A stretch of DNA of 64,000 bases from Klebsormidium nitens (GCA_000708835.1 DF237013.1:129071-193070), one strand, 5' to 3'; positions 36,801 to 50,100 are shown, counted from the first letter of the stretch. Program-made: numbers and translations. Notes: generated by a model not told the origin, from the letters alone.

Positions 36801-39800
36801 TCAATCAACGCCCAATACCATTGTAATATTCCAGAAGCATCAAAGAAAGGAGTCAACAGAGAAAAGCAGCTCCAGAAAAGTGGAGGAACTACTTGACAGA
36901 TCCACTTTGACTGCAACGGGTGAATACTCACAGCGCCTGCTGCTCGCATGAAGCAGAGTCGAGACAGTGCTTACCTCGTCTCTCAACTTATCATAAGCGG
37001 ACAGCACGGACGGGATGATGTGAGAGAAGCCGTACGCTTTTGCCGCCGCAGCGAGCATTGCGGTCGAGAGGGTGAATAGGGAGCGGGCCTGGAAGGGGCT
37101 GACGGACTCTGCAGGAGAACCGCCGAATGCAGAGTTAACCGATAATGGAGTATCCGACGAGACATTGCCTGCGGTTCGCATTTCCCTCCGTGACGGACAT
37201 CAGAGCAATCTACTTCCTTCTGGGAATCACTAGCACAATATATCTTTCTCGTCGAATGCTAATTTCGGACCGAGGTGGATTTGTAGATGCCTAGTACCAG
37301 ATCGGTTCTGCTCAAAAAAGTTCGTTCGGCACAGTTACGCCGTCGCTTTCAACGACAGCGACGGTGAAAATGAGCAAGGCAGCAAATGGAGGGATGATAG
37401 TTTCTTGCATTGATATGAAAGGTGATTGACTGGTCATTTGAAAATACAGAAGCCCCTGCCCCATGCTTCATAAAGCCGTCATGAGCGCTGTAGACTTTGT
37501 GGCCAATTTTCCTGGACATGATTGCTGATTTCCAGCAACCCCGTTTCACATGACACTAAGTTTTCCCGTCAAATAAATCCAACCAAAGTGCTGATCTCTA
37601 CCTCAAATGCAGTCAGTGACTGATTATTCTATATCGAGCTACTTAGATGGGTTTGAAAAACGCACCGTCGGCTGGAGATGAGAGAGATAGGGCCCGAAGA
37701 GAGAAGGCAAGACGAACGGCCTGTATCATCGGACTGTGATTCTTGGTCTGCACCAAAACAATGACGGAATTGAATCAGGCCACTTGTGACGCCATTCTAA
37801 ATCGAGTTTGCCGATGCTACACAATGTGTAGCTGGCTGCTAACGAGTTCGAGCTACGTGACAGACGTGGATTCGGAGGGGTGCCGTCAGACAAAAGAGAC
37901 ACCACTGCTTTTGGCTGTATCAAAACCACAAGCGCACGGATCACAACGAAGCGGACCGTAATGTGAGCAGTACGTCAAATAGAGCTGATGTATCTCTTAC
38001 TATCGGCAAGAGATACCATTAGCTATCAAGTCCACGTAGTATTACACGAATGGCACCCCTCAGAGCGCTTGACGTGGTCGAAGCTCGTCTCCAACTGGAA
38101 GGAAGCGCTGCGGTACTAACGCTAAACACCAAAAGCACTTTGGAAGCGGTTACAATAAATGAAAGACGTCTACACCGAGCTTACCTTTGGCAGAGTGAAG
38201 GACACGACGGCACTGAAGGTGTAGGCCATGGCTTCAAAGTTGGCGGGTTCGTTGTCGGGTAGAAGCGACTGGAGCCAGAGACTGGAGAGGAGGAGACACG
38301 CCTGGTGCCCACTGAAGCGCGCCAGGTGCATCTCGCCGTCGCGGCTATGGCTAGGAGGAGAAAAAGCAAAGGCGTGAGGCAAGAGAGTGCTGACAACAAA
38401 AAATGCCCGAAGTATCACGTAAAAACAGGTGTAAGTCTTTCAGGTAAAGGCAGACAGCTCAATGAAAAGATTACTGCAAGAGATTGATGCCCAAATGCGG
38501 GAGGTCTACAGCCTGAGGTAGAGTTGAAAACGAGCATCGTCATTTCATAGCAGCAAAACGTATTCAAGAAGTTCGACAATGTGAGGGAGACAGTTTGTAC
38601 AGAGTGAGGCGGTCTATTCAGACACTACCAAACAGGATGGAAATCTTCGACTTTATAGATTGAAAGTCGTTCCAGCCGGGAAATCCGAACGAGAGCTGAG
38701 CAGGGTGAACTTTACTGATCGTATGACTGGCAAAAAGGGGGCACGCTGCTGCTGGTTTCGTGTTTGTCACCCGGAATGATACCGCTCCGTTTAAACATCT
38801 TGCATCTTGCAAGAGCCCTCCGCCCTCTAGGAACCCTCCCTGACCATGACGCACTCACACGCTCCCCTTCAGTCATCGTGACGTCACTTGCGACCGCTCA
38901 CCTGCGGCGGCGGTCCCTCTCCGGGTGCGTTCCGTGCGCTGACACGTCCCGGATCTCCTGCGACTTGTGCTTGCCCAGCGTGCTCAAACTGTGCAAGATG
39001 CCGATGCTGGGGCGACCAGATCCCGTGGGTTGAAGCGGGGGGGTCGCCCCATCCTCGCTGCTACGCCCGCTGGCGGGTTCCACCTCTTCCTCGATCTTGC
39101 CCTTTCGCTTGGCGTCCTTGTCTTCCCTCTCCTAAGAGAAGGAAAGGACAGTGATCAAGTGTTTAGGAGGTTGAAGTTTGGGCATTTCCTGGGGGTTCAA
39201 GGGAAATGGCGAAAATGTTGCTGGGTTCTTTGGCGTCAATCCTCTCCTCGACCTTGCCCTTTCGCTTGGCGTCCTTGTCTTCTGTCTCCTGAAAGGGGGC
39301 GAAATCAGCAATCAGACGTCTGATGTTGGAACTTGAGCGTTTCCATACTTAAAGGGAACATGGCAAAACGGTTGCTGGGTTTTCGGCGTCGATTTGGTGA
39401 GCCCTTTGTCCTCAAGCTTGCCCTTTCGAGTCTCCCCCGGGGTGGACGAAAACACCGGTGAGACGTCTGGAATCGGAAGTTGAGCGTTTCCAGGATTCGA
39501 AAGGAACATGGTCAGATGTCAGCCGATCGTTGACATCAATCTGGTGGAGCGTTTTCTCCGCAATCGTGCCTTTTGTACGCGCGTTCCTGCTTTCGACGCA
39601 GCTTCTGGCACATTGCTTGGCTTCAAAAAGGAACAGGAAGAGACACTGAAAAGCGTCTGTCGAGATCCATTCAGACTGGCGCCTTCCTCTGATCTTGCCA
39701 TTCCTGGATTGTCCATGTTGTCAATCCCCAGTCTCCATCTGAAAGATCAGAAGAGACCTCGACTGCCCAAAACCGACAGCTCCACAAGGAAAGACCTTCT

Positions 39801-42800
39801 TAAGCACAACTATAGCTTTAGTTGTGTCGCTCAGGCGCTTCTAACCTCCCGCTGTTCGTTGCTGATTCCTCTCCTACTGCCGCAACTTCTGCCAAAACGC
39901 CTCACGCATTCATCACACCCGTCGACATGGAAAAAGGAGCTGCATTTCCGCAAACCCAGTCTGCATTACCGACCGTACAAGCCCCCGCCACCTACCTTCT
40001 CTTTCCGCTTCCCCCCATCCCCCTCCTTCCGCGGCAATCCCGACGGCGCCTTCAGCAGCCCCCCTCTGCCGCGCCCGTAAATCGGCACAGTCGGCAGCAG
40101 CGTAATGAGAACTTGGTGCACGAGCACCCGGGTTTCCGCGTCCGGGAACATCATGATCTGCAGCAGCTGCGTCAGCAATGACTCCGGGAAGCTCTCCTTG
40201 AGCGGCCCGCTGACGTCAGCGACGATCCGCGCAAGGGAGAGCATGGCCTGGACCGTGCTGCGCGCGACGGAGGGGGGTGACGTCAGCTTCTCCAGGATGG
40301 AGGCCTTGAGCTCCAGGATGGTGCTGACGTCGGTCACCTGCGGACGGGAACAACGAAAACCAGGTCTGCTTCCCTTGCAATTTGCAACAGCAGGGACTCA
40401 TCTGAGTGATTGCTCTAGGTCTCTGAGAAACTACGAAGCATGAGCGAGAAGCTTACTCTCCTCGAAGCGCGTTTCAGGAGGAAATTCTGGGCAAGAGTAA
40501 CAGTCTCAATCGACCCGAACGATTGACGCCTGCGTGTCTGCGCTTCAATTGGGAGGAAGAACCACGAAGTAGACGAACATTTTGCTGGGGAGTCCATTTG
40601 GACTATCCAGTCTGACGCCGCACGAGCAGATGTGTAACATGTGTTGCACTGTGTCGCGCCCGCATCTCTTCAGCTGGAATTTGGAAAGAAGACGTCAGAA
40701 ACTGACGGCCCTCGTGCAGCCGCAGAACGAGGATAGTGGGTCCGCAATTTGGTCTCTGAATTGTCCTTCGAATTATCTCTGAAGTCACGACCATCTCATA
40801 TGGGCGTTCCATTCCTATCAGCGAACGCACCTTCTCAACGAGGCTGTAGCTCCTTTCGCTACTGGCCAGCTCAACAATCCCAATTACCGCACTTCTTAGC
40901 TGATCGCAGCCAAACAAACGAATGCACACCAACGCACCTTCTTCACCAGAGCTTCCAGCGCCTCTTTCGCCGTCGCCTGAAACCCTAATTCTTTCCGCAG
41001 CGCTTCTTGGGTCGCCTCTGCCGCGCCCTCCTGGTCCGAAAGGGCCCCCGACGCCTCGTAACTCGTGCGCAGGTGCCGCGTGATCTCGCCGATCTCGCGC
41101 ACGAGCGTCAGCTCTTCCACCCGGGCCTTGGACTTGTTGATCAGCCGGACGAAGATGCGCAGAATTGACGCCTGCGCAAGAGGGAGAGTGTCTGACGTCA
41201 AAAGACATCCTGCCTGACGTCATAGAGTCCTGCGGCTGTCCGAAGCAAGGAGCGGCAGCTCTTCCACCCGGACTTTGAACTTGTTGATCAGCCGGACGAA
41301 GAATGCCCAAAACCGATGCCTGCGCGTGAGACAAAGGGTCTGACGTCACGCGACAAGCTGCTTGAAATCATGCGCCCATTATGGGCTCAAGGATCAGCAC
41401 GCTGCTAACGTTTTACCCCAGGTTACCCTGCGTCCAGATCGACCGAACGCAAACCGGACACGCACCTTGCTGTCGGGTTTCGTCAGCGTATCCAGGTGCC
41501 GCGTCAGCGCCGTCAGCAGGAGCGCGCTCCTCTGGTGCCCTTTGTCCCGGTTCATCGTCTTCTGCATCGTCCGCAGGACCTTGTACGCCAGCCCTTCTTC
41601 GGACGCCCAGTGCTTGCCCGTGTCGAAGTACTGGAAGGCCGGGTCCAGCACCATGCGTGCAGTCGTGACCTGCAGGTTTTTGGGTTCAGGGTTCAGGAAT
41701 TAGGGTTTGGGGTTTAGGAATTAAACCTCTTAAGGTTTACTGTTCAATGTCCAGAGGTGTAAGGGTTAGCAATCTGGATTGTTTTCGGGCACCGAGGAAG
41801 CCAATCTGCAAGCCCTCTTCTTGCGGCGCCCTGAAAAAGCAACGTCTTGGCTGCACTACCAGTAGCTTTTGGGGATGTTTCAGGTTGAAACGGCTGGCTT
41901 TGCAATCCATGCGATTGAATCGACCCCAATCGTCCAGTCTAATCCTATCTACGCATGCCGCCACATTTTTTTGGCACCCCACGCTGGATGAACAGGGAGG
42001 CCGTTGAGAAGCAACTCGCACTTCACACTCCGAAAAGATCACAAGACAGCGTGTGTGCCAAGTCATTGCATTCGCTACGGATTGCTTGAGGGCGCCTCCT
42101 CGAGAACAACGCTCAGATCGATACAGATTGATATAGTATGCACAAACTGGCTTCTCCAAGAAGAACCACAACCAAAGGCAGTAACATGATGAAGAATATT
42201 AGCCCCCGGCTTCCATTTCCACGATTTGGGCGTGCAGCTGTTAGTCTCTCTCTAACTCAACAACCTTTCAAACCGTACAGTTCGAAAAAGACATCGCAGT
42301 TCGAGTTCAAGCATATTCCACGCGTGCTTAGACCATACCTCCTTCGCCAAGCGAGCCAGATTCTGCACACAGAACTGCGCGTTGTCCCCCGGGTCCTTTT
42401 CTCCGTGAGGCGCGTGCACCCCCCGGTTCTTGTCCTTCATCTTTTCATAGGCATCCTTGACTGCCGCCACTGCCCGGTTGACTGGCCCCGGGCTGTGGCC
42501 CCCGTCGTCGTCGTCGTCGTCGACGAGAGCAGAGGGGGGGGCCACGTTGTCGAGAATTGCCGTGACGATCTGCGGGAAACGAATACAATTTGATGTTTGA
42601 CTTGAATTGATTTAGCTCAGTGCCAGGGGGACGGTTGGGGTAGTTTGGTGGTTTATGGTGGGTATGGTTGCGGAGCATGTTGCACTTGGGTTCAAATTTC
42701 TCCTTTGGGGTGCGCCTGGGGAGGTGATGCATCTCAACATATGCCTAATTCGAAAGAAAAGTGAGTGATATCCGCAGGTATGGATGAGGAGAGGAATAAT

Positions 42801-45763
42801 GATTGATGGCTGGCAGACGGTGAAGTGTCTGCATCCTCCCCAATGTATGACCATTTTGGTATCGTCCTGGGGATCGGAAGAGAGTTCACATCGTCAAGAG
42901 TTTAGCATGACCTTTCCAGTCGCGGTTTCTTGACGGATCTCGAAAGCGTTTGTTAACTGAAAGATTTGCAGCAAAAGCAATCAACCTCCGGTGATCAGTT
43001 CATTCAGACGCTGTTGGCTCTATTCACTTTGTCAGTGTCAGTTCCAGTATGCTCCTTCATAGAGTATCTTCAGAGATTCGACAGTTGAGACAGCGTTTCA
43101 CTGCAGTCTAAGAAAAGGCTGAAAGTTGGAAGACACTGGGGGGTAAACAAGAGTGCAGGCAAGATGTGTTTGCGTAACGCACCTCCTTGAACCCTGGGGA
43201 GATGTGCGTCACCGAAGCCATGAACCAGAGCTGCAAAACGAATCCGGTTGATCAGCCGCCACGTTAGAAAGCTGTAAAGAAGCGACTGTAGTAGAAGGTA
43301 CCTTCAGTTCGCCACTCTAAAACCTCGGGATCTGCCATCGATGTCCAGATGGACGTGCCCGGATAAGTTCTGAGCGCCAATGGAACCGCCAATCTCTTTG
43401 GGGGGGTGGGCTACCAAGGCCGAGGTCCGAAGCAGTGACTGAAGTCCAGCTTCTTCTATCACCAATCATGTAACACCGACTGCGTAATGAATGGCGTAAG
43501 ATGCCCCTTTGAGTCCAGCTTCTCCTACCGCCGATCATGAAACAAATGCAGTAAGACAGCTCGGGTGGCGGGGCCAGTCTCGACTCAACCACGTGCAGGG
43601 GTTGACAAGCCCTGTGGAACACCACTTAGCAAGAAGCTGCTAACCGAGAGGGGCCTGTCACATTTCGGGAGGGTTCCTAGCCTCAAGATCGCAGTCAGAA
43701 GCTCTGTTGACACCTGTGCAGATTCGAAAAGCTTCTGCTCACGAGCCTGATCCCGCTTATAGCACGTTCACTTCAAAGGAGAACGAACCTTCCCCAATTA
43801 TATGCCCCTCCCTCCAGACCACGTTCCCTGAATGCAGGGCGGAAAAGCTTACCATCTCGCCAATCCCAGCCAGCCCCGCTGCTCTGAGGGGGTTCCTTCG
43901 ATCCTCTGGCCCTGTTTCGTGCGCTAGAGCGACCATGGCAGGCAACAGGTGATCGCACTGGTGAATGTAGGCCGAATCTTTCTGCAGCCGGGTACGATAA
44001 GAGTAAGTAGTTGGATGAAGAAAGGCAGGGTTGGCACACCCAAAGGCTGTGCTTCTGCTTCTAGTTAGATTACCAGCTTAACGTAATGTATCAGCCTAGG
44101 TACCAGGAAGAGGAGTCACTAGTTAGTGCCATGGGGGTTATGCATGGTGGCTACTAACAAAGAGTTTCCGGTCAGTTCAATTAATCAACGAGGCAAAACC
44201 CAGCACAAAATAGTAGAGTACCGCTTCTCAGGCCTGCCTCGCCTCACCTGATACCTGACAAAGTCCACAAATGTTTCGCATGCCAGGATCTGCATTTCCT
44301 CCTTCCGGTGCCTTAGCAGAGTTTGAATCATGCTGAGGGCGCTAGTAGCAAAGAGGGGCCTGCAATTACACGATGCGAGACTCTTAACATCATCAGAAGA
44401 TTCTATGCTAAGGGCGAACGATGAACGGAGCTCTGCAGATTCACAAAACTCAGAAAACAAATTCTGGCCCACAAGACATCATGAGCAGCTGCGTGACAAT
44501 ATCCGTTTGAGCAGATCTCCAGGAGCGCTGATTGTTCACCGACGTGAGTACTGCAGTCAGAGCTCATAAGGGCACTTTATAAGATAATTCCTGGAGTGAG
44601 TGACTCCTTCAGCAGTGATGCATTTTGATCGGGCTTGAGCTCTGTGCAATTTTTGCGATTGCTAAGTGGTCACATTCCAACTGACGCTGACTTCCCCTTG
44701 CTATAGCTGACACAAAGTTGCTGATTCGTTGCCTCAAGCGACATACAAGGCGACAGAATCAGGACAGAACGCTTCCTTCTCAAGACAACTTACATCTGAT
44801 CTTGGCAGGAAGAGAGCAGCTTGCTATATGTGCGCATCACTATTGTGACGTAGCCATAGCGCTCGCTACGCAGCTCCTTTACTCCGCGCACTTCCAGGCT
44901 GTTCGCAATCTGCACCACCAATGAAGATCTTGACACGTTCAAACAGCAGGACCACTTCGTGGCTGCTCATCTCACTTCCTGAAGCCAATTGATTCATACC
45001 GCAGCTCATCAACTTGCTCAATTTTAAGCGAGTGATGATCTCCTGTGTTCTGATTGAGGTGATATTCATTAGATGCATTCGACTCTTAATACACCCACCA
45101 TAAGGCTCCCTGCTCAGCTAGTGGTGGATTGTATCAAATTTGGCAATCCATGAATCTGGCTTGGGGCCTTTTGGGAAACAGCTTTTCGTGGTGAGAGCAC
45201 CGCAATAGGTAAATCATTGTTCTGCCCAATCTCCTACAGTAGGTTTCCAACGGGGGATCCCTTTGCCTGACTGAGCTGTCGGCCATTGATGTTCTACCAA
45301 TTTCTCGAAGACATATTGGACACTCACCTTTGGAACACGCATTGGGTTTCGAGCAGCATACTCGGCCAACTTTCCAATCTTTCTGTCATTGGGGCTTGCA
45401 TCCTGCAAGACGGGATGTAAGGTGACATCTCAGAATCACCAAGACATGACAAAGTGAGCAACAAATAATCCTGTTCTGCTCAAGCTGAAGGCTCCAAACC
45501 GTGGGTGCCGAAGCAAGGATTAATTGGTGCACGGTCTGTTGCCAAAGCCTTGAGCTGATTGCAAGCTTTCAATGAGCTGCTCTATGCTCAGCTGTCGGTG
45601 CGCATTCAAAACAACGAGCTGTGCTCACTGGAGACTTCGGGAATATGTCCGCCAGTAGCTTCTTGTACCGCTTCCCAGGCACTTTAGACTTTGATCGCAG
45701 CCCCGGGCAGCACGGGAACACCGTCCCGCAGCTGTTCATGCACGCATTCACCGCCTTCCCCAT
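33845..45763 (-). CDS. EFR3: EFR3-like / SEMI-ROLLED LEAF 2-like ARM-repeat protein, 17 exons, 1062 aa
   Basis: Exons 45763-45629, 45402-45328, 44909-44794, 44359-44248, 43981-43853, 43230-43183, 42569-42339, 41669-41466, 41171-40938, 40337-39996, 39131-38902, 38350-38185, 37747-37666, 37108-36975, 36366-36145, 35399-35124, 34297-33845 (3189 nt, phases consistent). Plant EFR3-family motifs PCCPGLRSKS, RYKKLLADIFP, NDRKIGKLAEYAARNPMRVPKI, NLARLAKEVTTARMVLDPAFQYFD, NEPANFEAMAYTFS, C-terminal LPPTSAYD. Confidence 0.92.
34391..34849. mobile_element. 459-bp MITE/foldback-like non-autonomous element in the last EFR3-like intron
   Basis: 32-bp terminal inverted repeats (34391-34422 vs 34818-34849, 30/32 identical: AGACCTCCA[T/G]TACATTGGACCGGTT[C/T]GGTTGG) and no ORF. 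The TSD is imperfect (TTA left, TTT right if the ends are taken as 34392/34848). Confidence 0.7.
34541..34609. repeat. Perfect 69-bp palindrome (34-bp arms, 1-nt spacer)
   Basis: AGGAACCGAAAACAGCGTTGACCAAAGGACCTAG-G-CTAGGTCCTTTGGTCAACGCTGTTTTCGGTTCCT read directly. Confidence 0.97.
39100..39520 (-). repeat. Three ~150-bp units copying the 3' splice junction of EFR3-like exon 11
   Basis: GAG..GAAGACAAGGACGCCAAGCGAAAGGGCAAG starts at 39131 (authentic) and 39288 (after TTTCAG), with a degenerate copy at about 39434. The intronic part (GGAACTTGAGCGTTTCCA...GGAACATGG) is also repeated. Confidence 0.85.
41100..41350 (-). repeat. Two 148-bp units copying the 3' splice junction of EFR3-like exon 9
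   Basis: TGACGTCAGAC...GCGCAG|GC.TC..TT.TG.GCAT.CTTCGTCCGGCTGATCAACAAGT.CAA...CCGGGTGGAAGAGCTG starts at 41319 (echo) and 41171 (authentic). Confidence 0.9.
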
Positions 45764-46025
45764 TGTAACCTACTTTCTAGTGCATGATTTACAGGGGTTT
45801 CTACCAGTTGAGCGAATCAAAGCAACTCTTGAAAAGGGACTCCAAATCTCAGGAAAACCCCATGGCCCCAACAAGCAATGAATCTTAGTTCAATGAAACA
45901 CAAGGAACAAGGAGTGAGTCTTCTCCAAGCAATGGTCGCATGAAGATGGGCCTTGGCAATGGCATTGGAAGTGGCGGAGCCTGAGCCTGCTGAGGAGTCG
46001 GACAACTGAGGAGTCGGACAACTTA

Positions 46026-46505
46026 GGGTACCGTCATTTTGTAAGCGGTACCCCCCCATAATTGTATCGACCATTTTTGAAGGGGGTGTATTCCCAAGCC
46101 CCCCCCCCCCCTCCACCTGGCGGCATAAGAGGGTCTTGCAGCCAAAAACGAACGCAAAGTTTTTGCAAGGGCTTTGATAGGGCTTTTTTGATAAAGCCGC
46201 ATATATCGCTCGGTTCGTGCATGCTGTAGAGCCCCGCAGGGCCGCTTTTCAGCAGTTTCAACGCATTTTGGGGCAAACTTTGTACGAATATGATCAAGAA
46301 ATGTGGAGAAAGTGTGGTTAAACGGGGCTAAACGGGGACTGAAGGCCGTGACCTCTTGAGGTCCCAGGTGGTCCCCCCCAGGGACCCTCACTCTCAAAAA
46401 CTCCTTTGGGTCCCCCCCCCCTCCGACCCTGGTCCTGCATTTCGGTCCAGGGCCCCCACCCCCATAAAATTATGGGGGGGTACCACTTACAAAATGACTC
46501 TACCC
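46026..46505. mobile_element. 480-bp PIF/Harbinger (Tourist-like) MITE
   Basis: 38-bp TIRs (46026-46063 vs 46468-46505, 35/38 identical, starting GGGTA), a perfect TTA target-site duplication at 46023-46025 and 46506-46508, and no coding capacity. A TTA/TAA TSD is the established PIF/Harbinger signature. Confidence 0.9.
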
Positions 46506-47141
46506 TTAGGACCAGGTAGGTACAAGGTAGGCACCTTTGTGTCAGCCAGAATCAGATTCTCCAGACTTCAGCAGATTCTCCGGTTGAAACAACTGGAGGG
46601 CGTCGATGCTTGCCCAGCTGGATCAATCGATTTATCTGAGCCGTTGAAACTTGAAAGTACTAATTGGTAAGAGGCGTGGAATGAGGACTCGTTATTTTAT
46701 GTATGACTGTAATATCCTCACACTAGTTAGCTGCAATTCAGAGTCGAACTCGAGTGCTGTCACGTACCAAGTAACACTCTGACTGGTGGAATTCAAATTT
46801 GAACACTTTCAGAGAGGGAAGGTGTGAAAGCTCCTTGAGTCGTCAGGCTGCAGCCTTGCAGGGAGCTTCTGCAACCTTCGTGGGTGCTTGGCGCCCCATG
46901 TCCCCTGCGGCGGTGCTGTTGCCAGTGGTTGCCCGTGCTCATCAGATTAGCAGATATGCGCAAGCCTCGTATTGGGATGTGAGACTGGAAGACGACGAGG
47001 CCACAGGAGTCGTCTGCCGTAGTCTCTAGTATCCAACTCCGAAAGAAGATGGTGGTGTAATTAGAAAAGCCAAAAAGTTTTGAACGTGGCCTCAGAAAGT
47101 GGGGTTCATAGGCAGGTGGCAGGCATTGCTTGATAGGAGCC

Positions 47142-50100
47142 ATGGCGCATTGTGCCCCATCAGCCCCTCTAACATCGGCCATCGAGGGCTTGGTCACCCC
47201 AGGGCACCAAAATGCAACTAGGCACATAAGGGCATCAATTGCACCAGGGATAACGACAGCTTCTCTGATGCACAGGGAACAGTGCTCTGGAGCTCTAGGA
47301 AGGTCCAGCCACTTTCTGGGAAACGCATGCTTGTTTGGGGCCCTGCATGAATCCAACAAACGAGGGCATCGCACCAGGTTTGTGTGTCTGTTTGGCCGCG
47401 GCAGACACGCTCCACCCAGTCCTCCTCAGCAGGACTTCAACTTCGCTGTGGTCGAGAGTAGAAATGGAAGAGAGAATGTGCCCCTCGTCAGCCAGCCGGT
47501 GCCATCACCATTTGCGTCCCGTGCTCAGCAACCCCCCGCGGCGGCATTTTTGGCAGCCATAGTCTTCGCCGGTATGGCCGTCCTAGCTGTGAAAGTGGTC
47601 AATCACCTGAGAGGGGGGCCAGCTCCTGCCATCGAAGAGAAGCAGCCAGCTTTCGTAGGCTACAAAGAGGACGCCGAGGCGCTGACCATCGCAAGGGCGC
47701 GGTTAGCGCAGGCTTTTGGGGACGACCCAAACGAGTATAATGGGGAGATCGTGGGGATGCAGATTGCTTCGATGATGGGCTCAGCAGTGGACTATCTGTA
47801 TGCGCTCGCAAATGAGGTGGCGGAAGTGAAAGCAATGCTGGACGACAAAGAAGAGAGGCTGGCATTAGCGTACGAGAGAAGCAAGCAGGATGCGGACGAG
47901 AGGAAGGAGCTCATCCGCAGAATCTCAATGGCCGAGGCCGAGCTGGTGGAGGAACAGGTATGTAGCATGCCCGCTGTTGCTTACGAGAGAAGCAAAATGG
48001 CAGTAATGGGACCAATAATTAAGTCCCTAAGTCTCAAGTATTGCGATATACAATTTAATGGAGATCTTTCAGAAAGTATAGGCACACAGATAACAACAAC
48101 AACAAAAGCGACTTTCCAGCGCATCTGCGCGACATGCCCTTAGCTAATCTGCTGTGACAGGATATAACATCTCACAGGAGGGAGCCGCCCCCTTGATTCA
48201 CTCAAAAGTCATACCACCCTGCGGTTCCGAATGGGCTTTTGGGCGCCTTGTCCGCAACTTCAAAGATTGTTCCACTTGCTTTGCGCACATACCACCCTTC
48301 CAAGCTTTTGGAAGCAGTAAATGTGTGCATGAAGTTAAGCCGTCGCACCCCCTGCATTGCAGCTCAAGCAAGCTGCCGACAAGGCTGCCTTTGAGGTGCG
48401 CGACAGGACGCTCGATGGCGAGAAAGCTGCAGAAGTTGAGAGGCTGATAGCAAAGTAAGTGGAGAGAACCGCAGCTGCCACACCCTTCTGACTTTGGCGG
48501 AAACTGGAGGTCGTAAGTATCGTGCACTACATAGTGTAGTTGAAGCATTCTAACATCATGGTTGACGACAACCACCTTTTCAGAGGTGTGCTTTCTTACG
48601 TCGCCGATGGTAGAATCCAACTATTGTGCCCAGATTGGCAGTCGCAAGTGCCTTTACTTGTTGGGTCTGCAACTTATGCAAGCAATAACGGATCTTGCCA
48701 ACAAAAACTTCCTTTGGGAAGGCAGTATACATCTTGGCGGCCCAAGACCTTAGTTGAGCACCAATCAGGGATCTAAGCACATGAACAGGTATAATAAATC
48801 AGTTGTCTTGAAGTGAAGCCTGTCGGAAGTCGCAAAAACATTTCCTTCTTTCATCAGCGTTTTCAAAATCAGGCATCGTTCGATATTGCACAGGTAAAAT
48901 AAATCACGCCCCTCAGGAACATCGTTTCTTACACCCTTCAGAAAAGAAAACCAACCAAGGACAATAAATTGGTCCCCTTTTGGAATGAATCTTTCCGTGA
49001 AGACGACCATACAAACTGTCAGTGGACACCACACCAAAACGTCTTCTGGAATTCTGGGCAAGCAAACACGTTGTTCCCCCATTTAAGTACGGTCAGTTTG
49101 TCGCACTTTGTGCAGGCACCAAGCAGAGCTAGACGGGCTGCGTCTACAGTTCGACACCATGGAGAGGAACGCGGCAGAGGCGGCCGCTAAAACCATGAAG
49201 CTGAACGAAGAGGTACAGGCGCTCAAACGGGGCCTCAAGGAGAAAGAGGGGCAACTGGCGGCCGCAGCAAAGAAAGCCGATGAGGTGAGGCGGCTTTGGC
49301 AACTCGCATGCTCAGGACCCGAATTTAGAAAGCATTTTATGTCGACATACCTACAGGTGCAAAACACCCAAGTTAGTTACTCCTCGACCTCACCGCACCT
49401 TGCTAGATTCTTCTTTCAGCAGAAAAAAAGTGAGTGCTAAGGCAACTTTTGCTCAACAAAGCACGTTTCCTTACGCACAGCTGATCTTGTCGATACCGAT
49501 GCACATCTACGAAGCATACTAAGTGAGTATCGAACTTGCTATCATACTCTGAGCCAAGTTTCTTCAACCGCAGGACAAAGCACTGAATGCGTCCCTCTCT
49601 GCCCGCCTCGAGTCCGCCAATTCCGAACTCCAGTCCGCCCTTTCACGCGAGACGGAACTCCTGGCGTCCCTGCAAGATACCACATCTGGGGTACAAGGGG
49701 CGGAGGAGCAACTAGATCAGATGCAGCATCGGCACGAGGCGGAAATACGCGCTGTGCGTGGGATCGCGCAAGCGCAGGCCAAGGGGCTGGAGGAGCGGCT
49801 GAAGGGCGCGCAAGACCGGGTTGAGGAAGTGCAGGCGTTGAAAGAGGCGGAGATTGCGGCGAGGTAAGAGGGTGTTTTCTTGAAAAGTGTCAGATTGCAG
49901 TATATTTGGTTTGTTTCTCAAGGATTTGCAGATTCGAACTTCAAGAGGAGCGGGAGTGCTGGAGTGCTGGAGGCTGAAACTCTCGGGTGGGTGAGAAATC
50001 AGTGTTACGTAAGAACAACGTTCAATAGAGTCTCTTTTGGTGTTTAGCTTAAGCTCTTGCTTTGCCTCCTCGTTCATTAGATGCCGTCCAGCTCCGACGC

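Noticed and set aside
40603-41349. 248-aa ORF on the - strand with an internal repeat (HLRPADQQVQ x2)
   Set aside because: Alternative-frame read-through of the 148-bp acceptor echo and exon 9 of the EFR3-like gene, not a separate gene.
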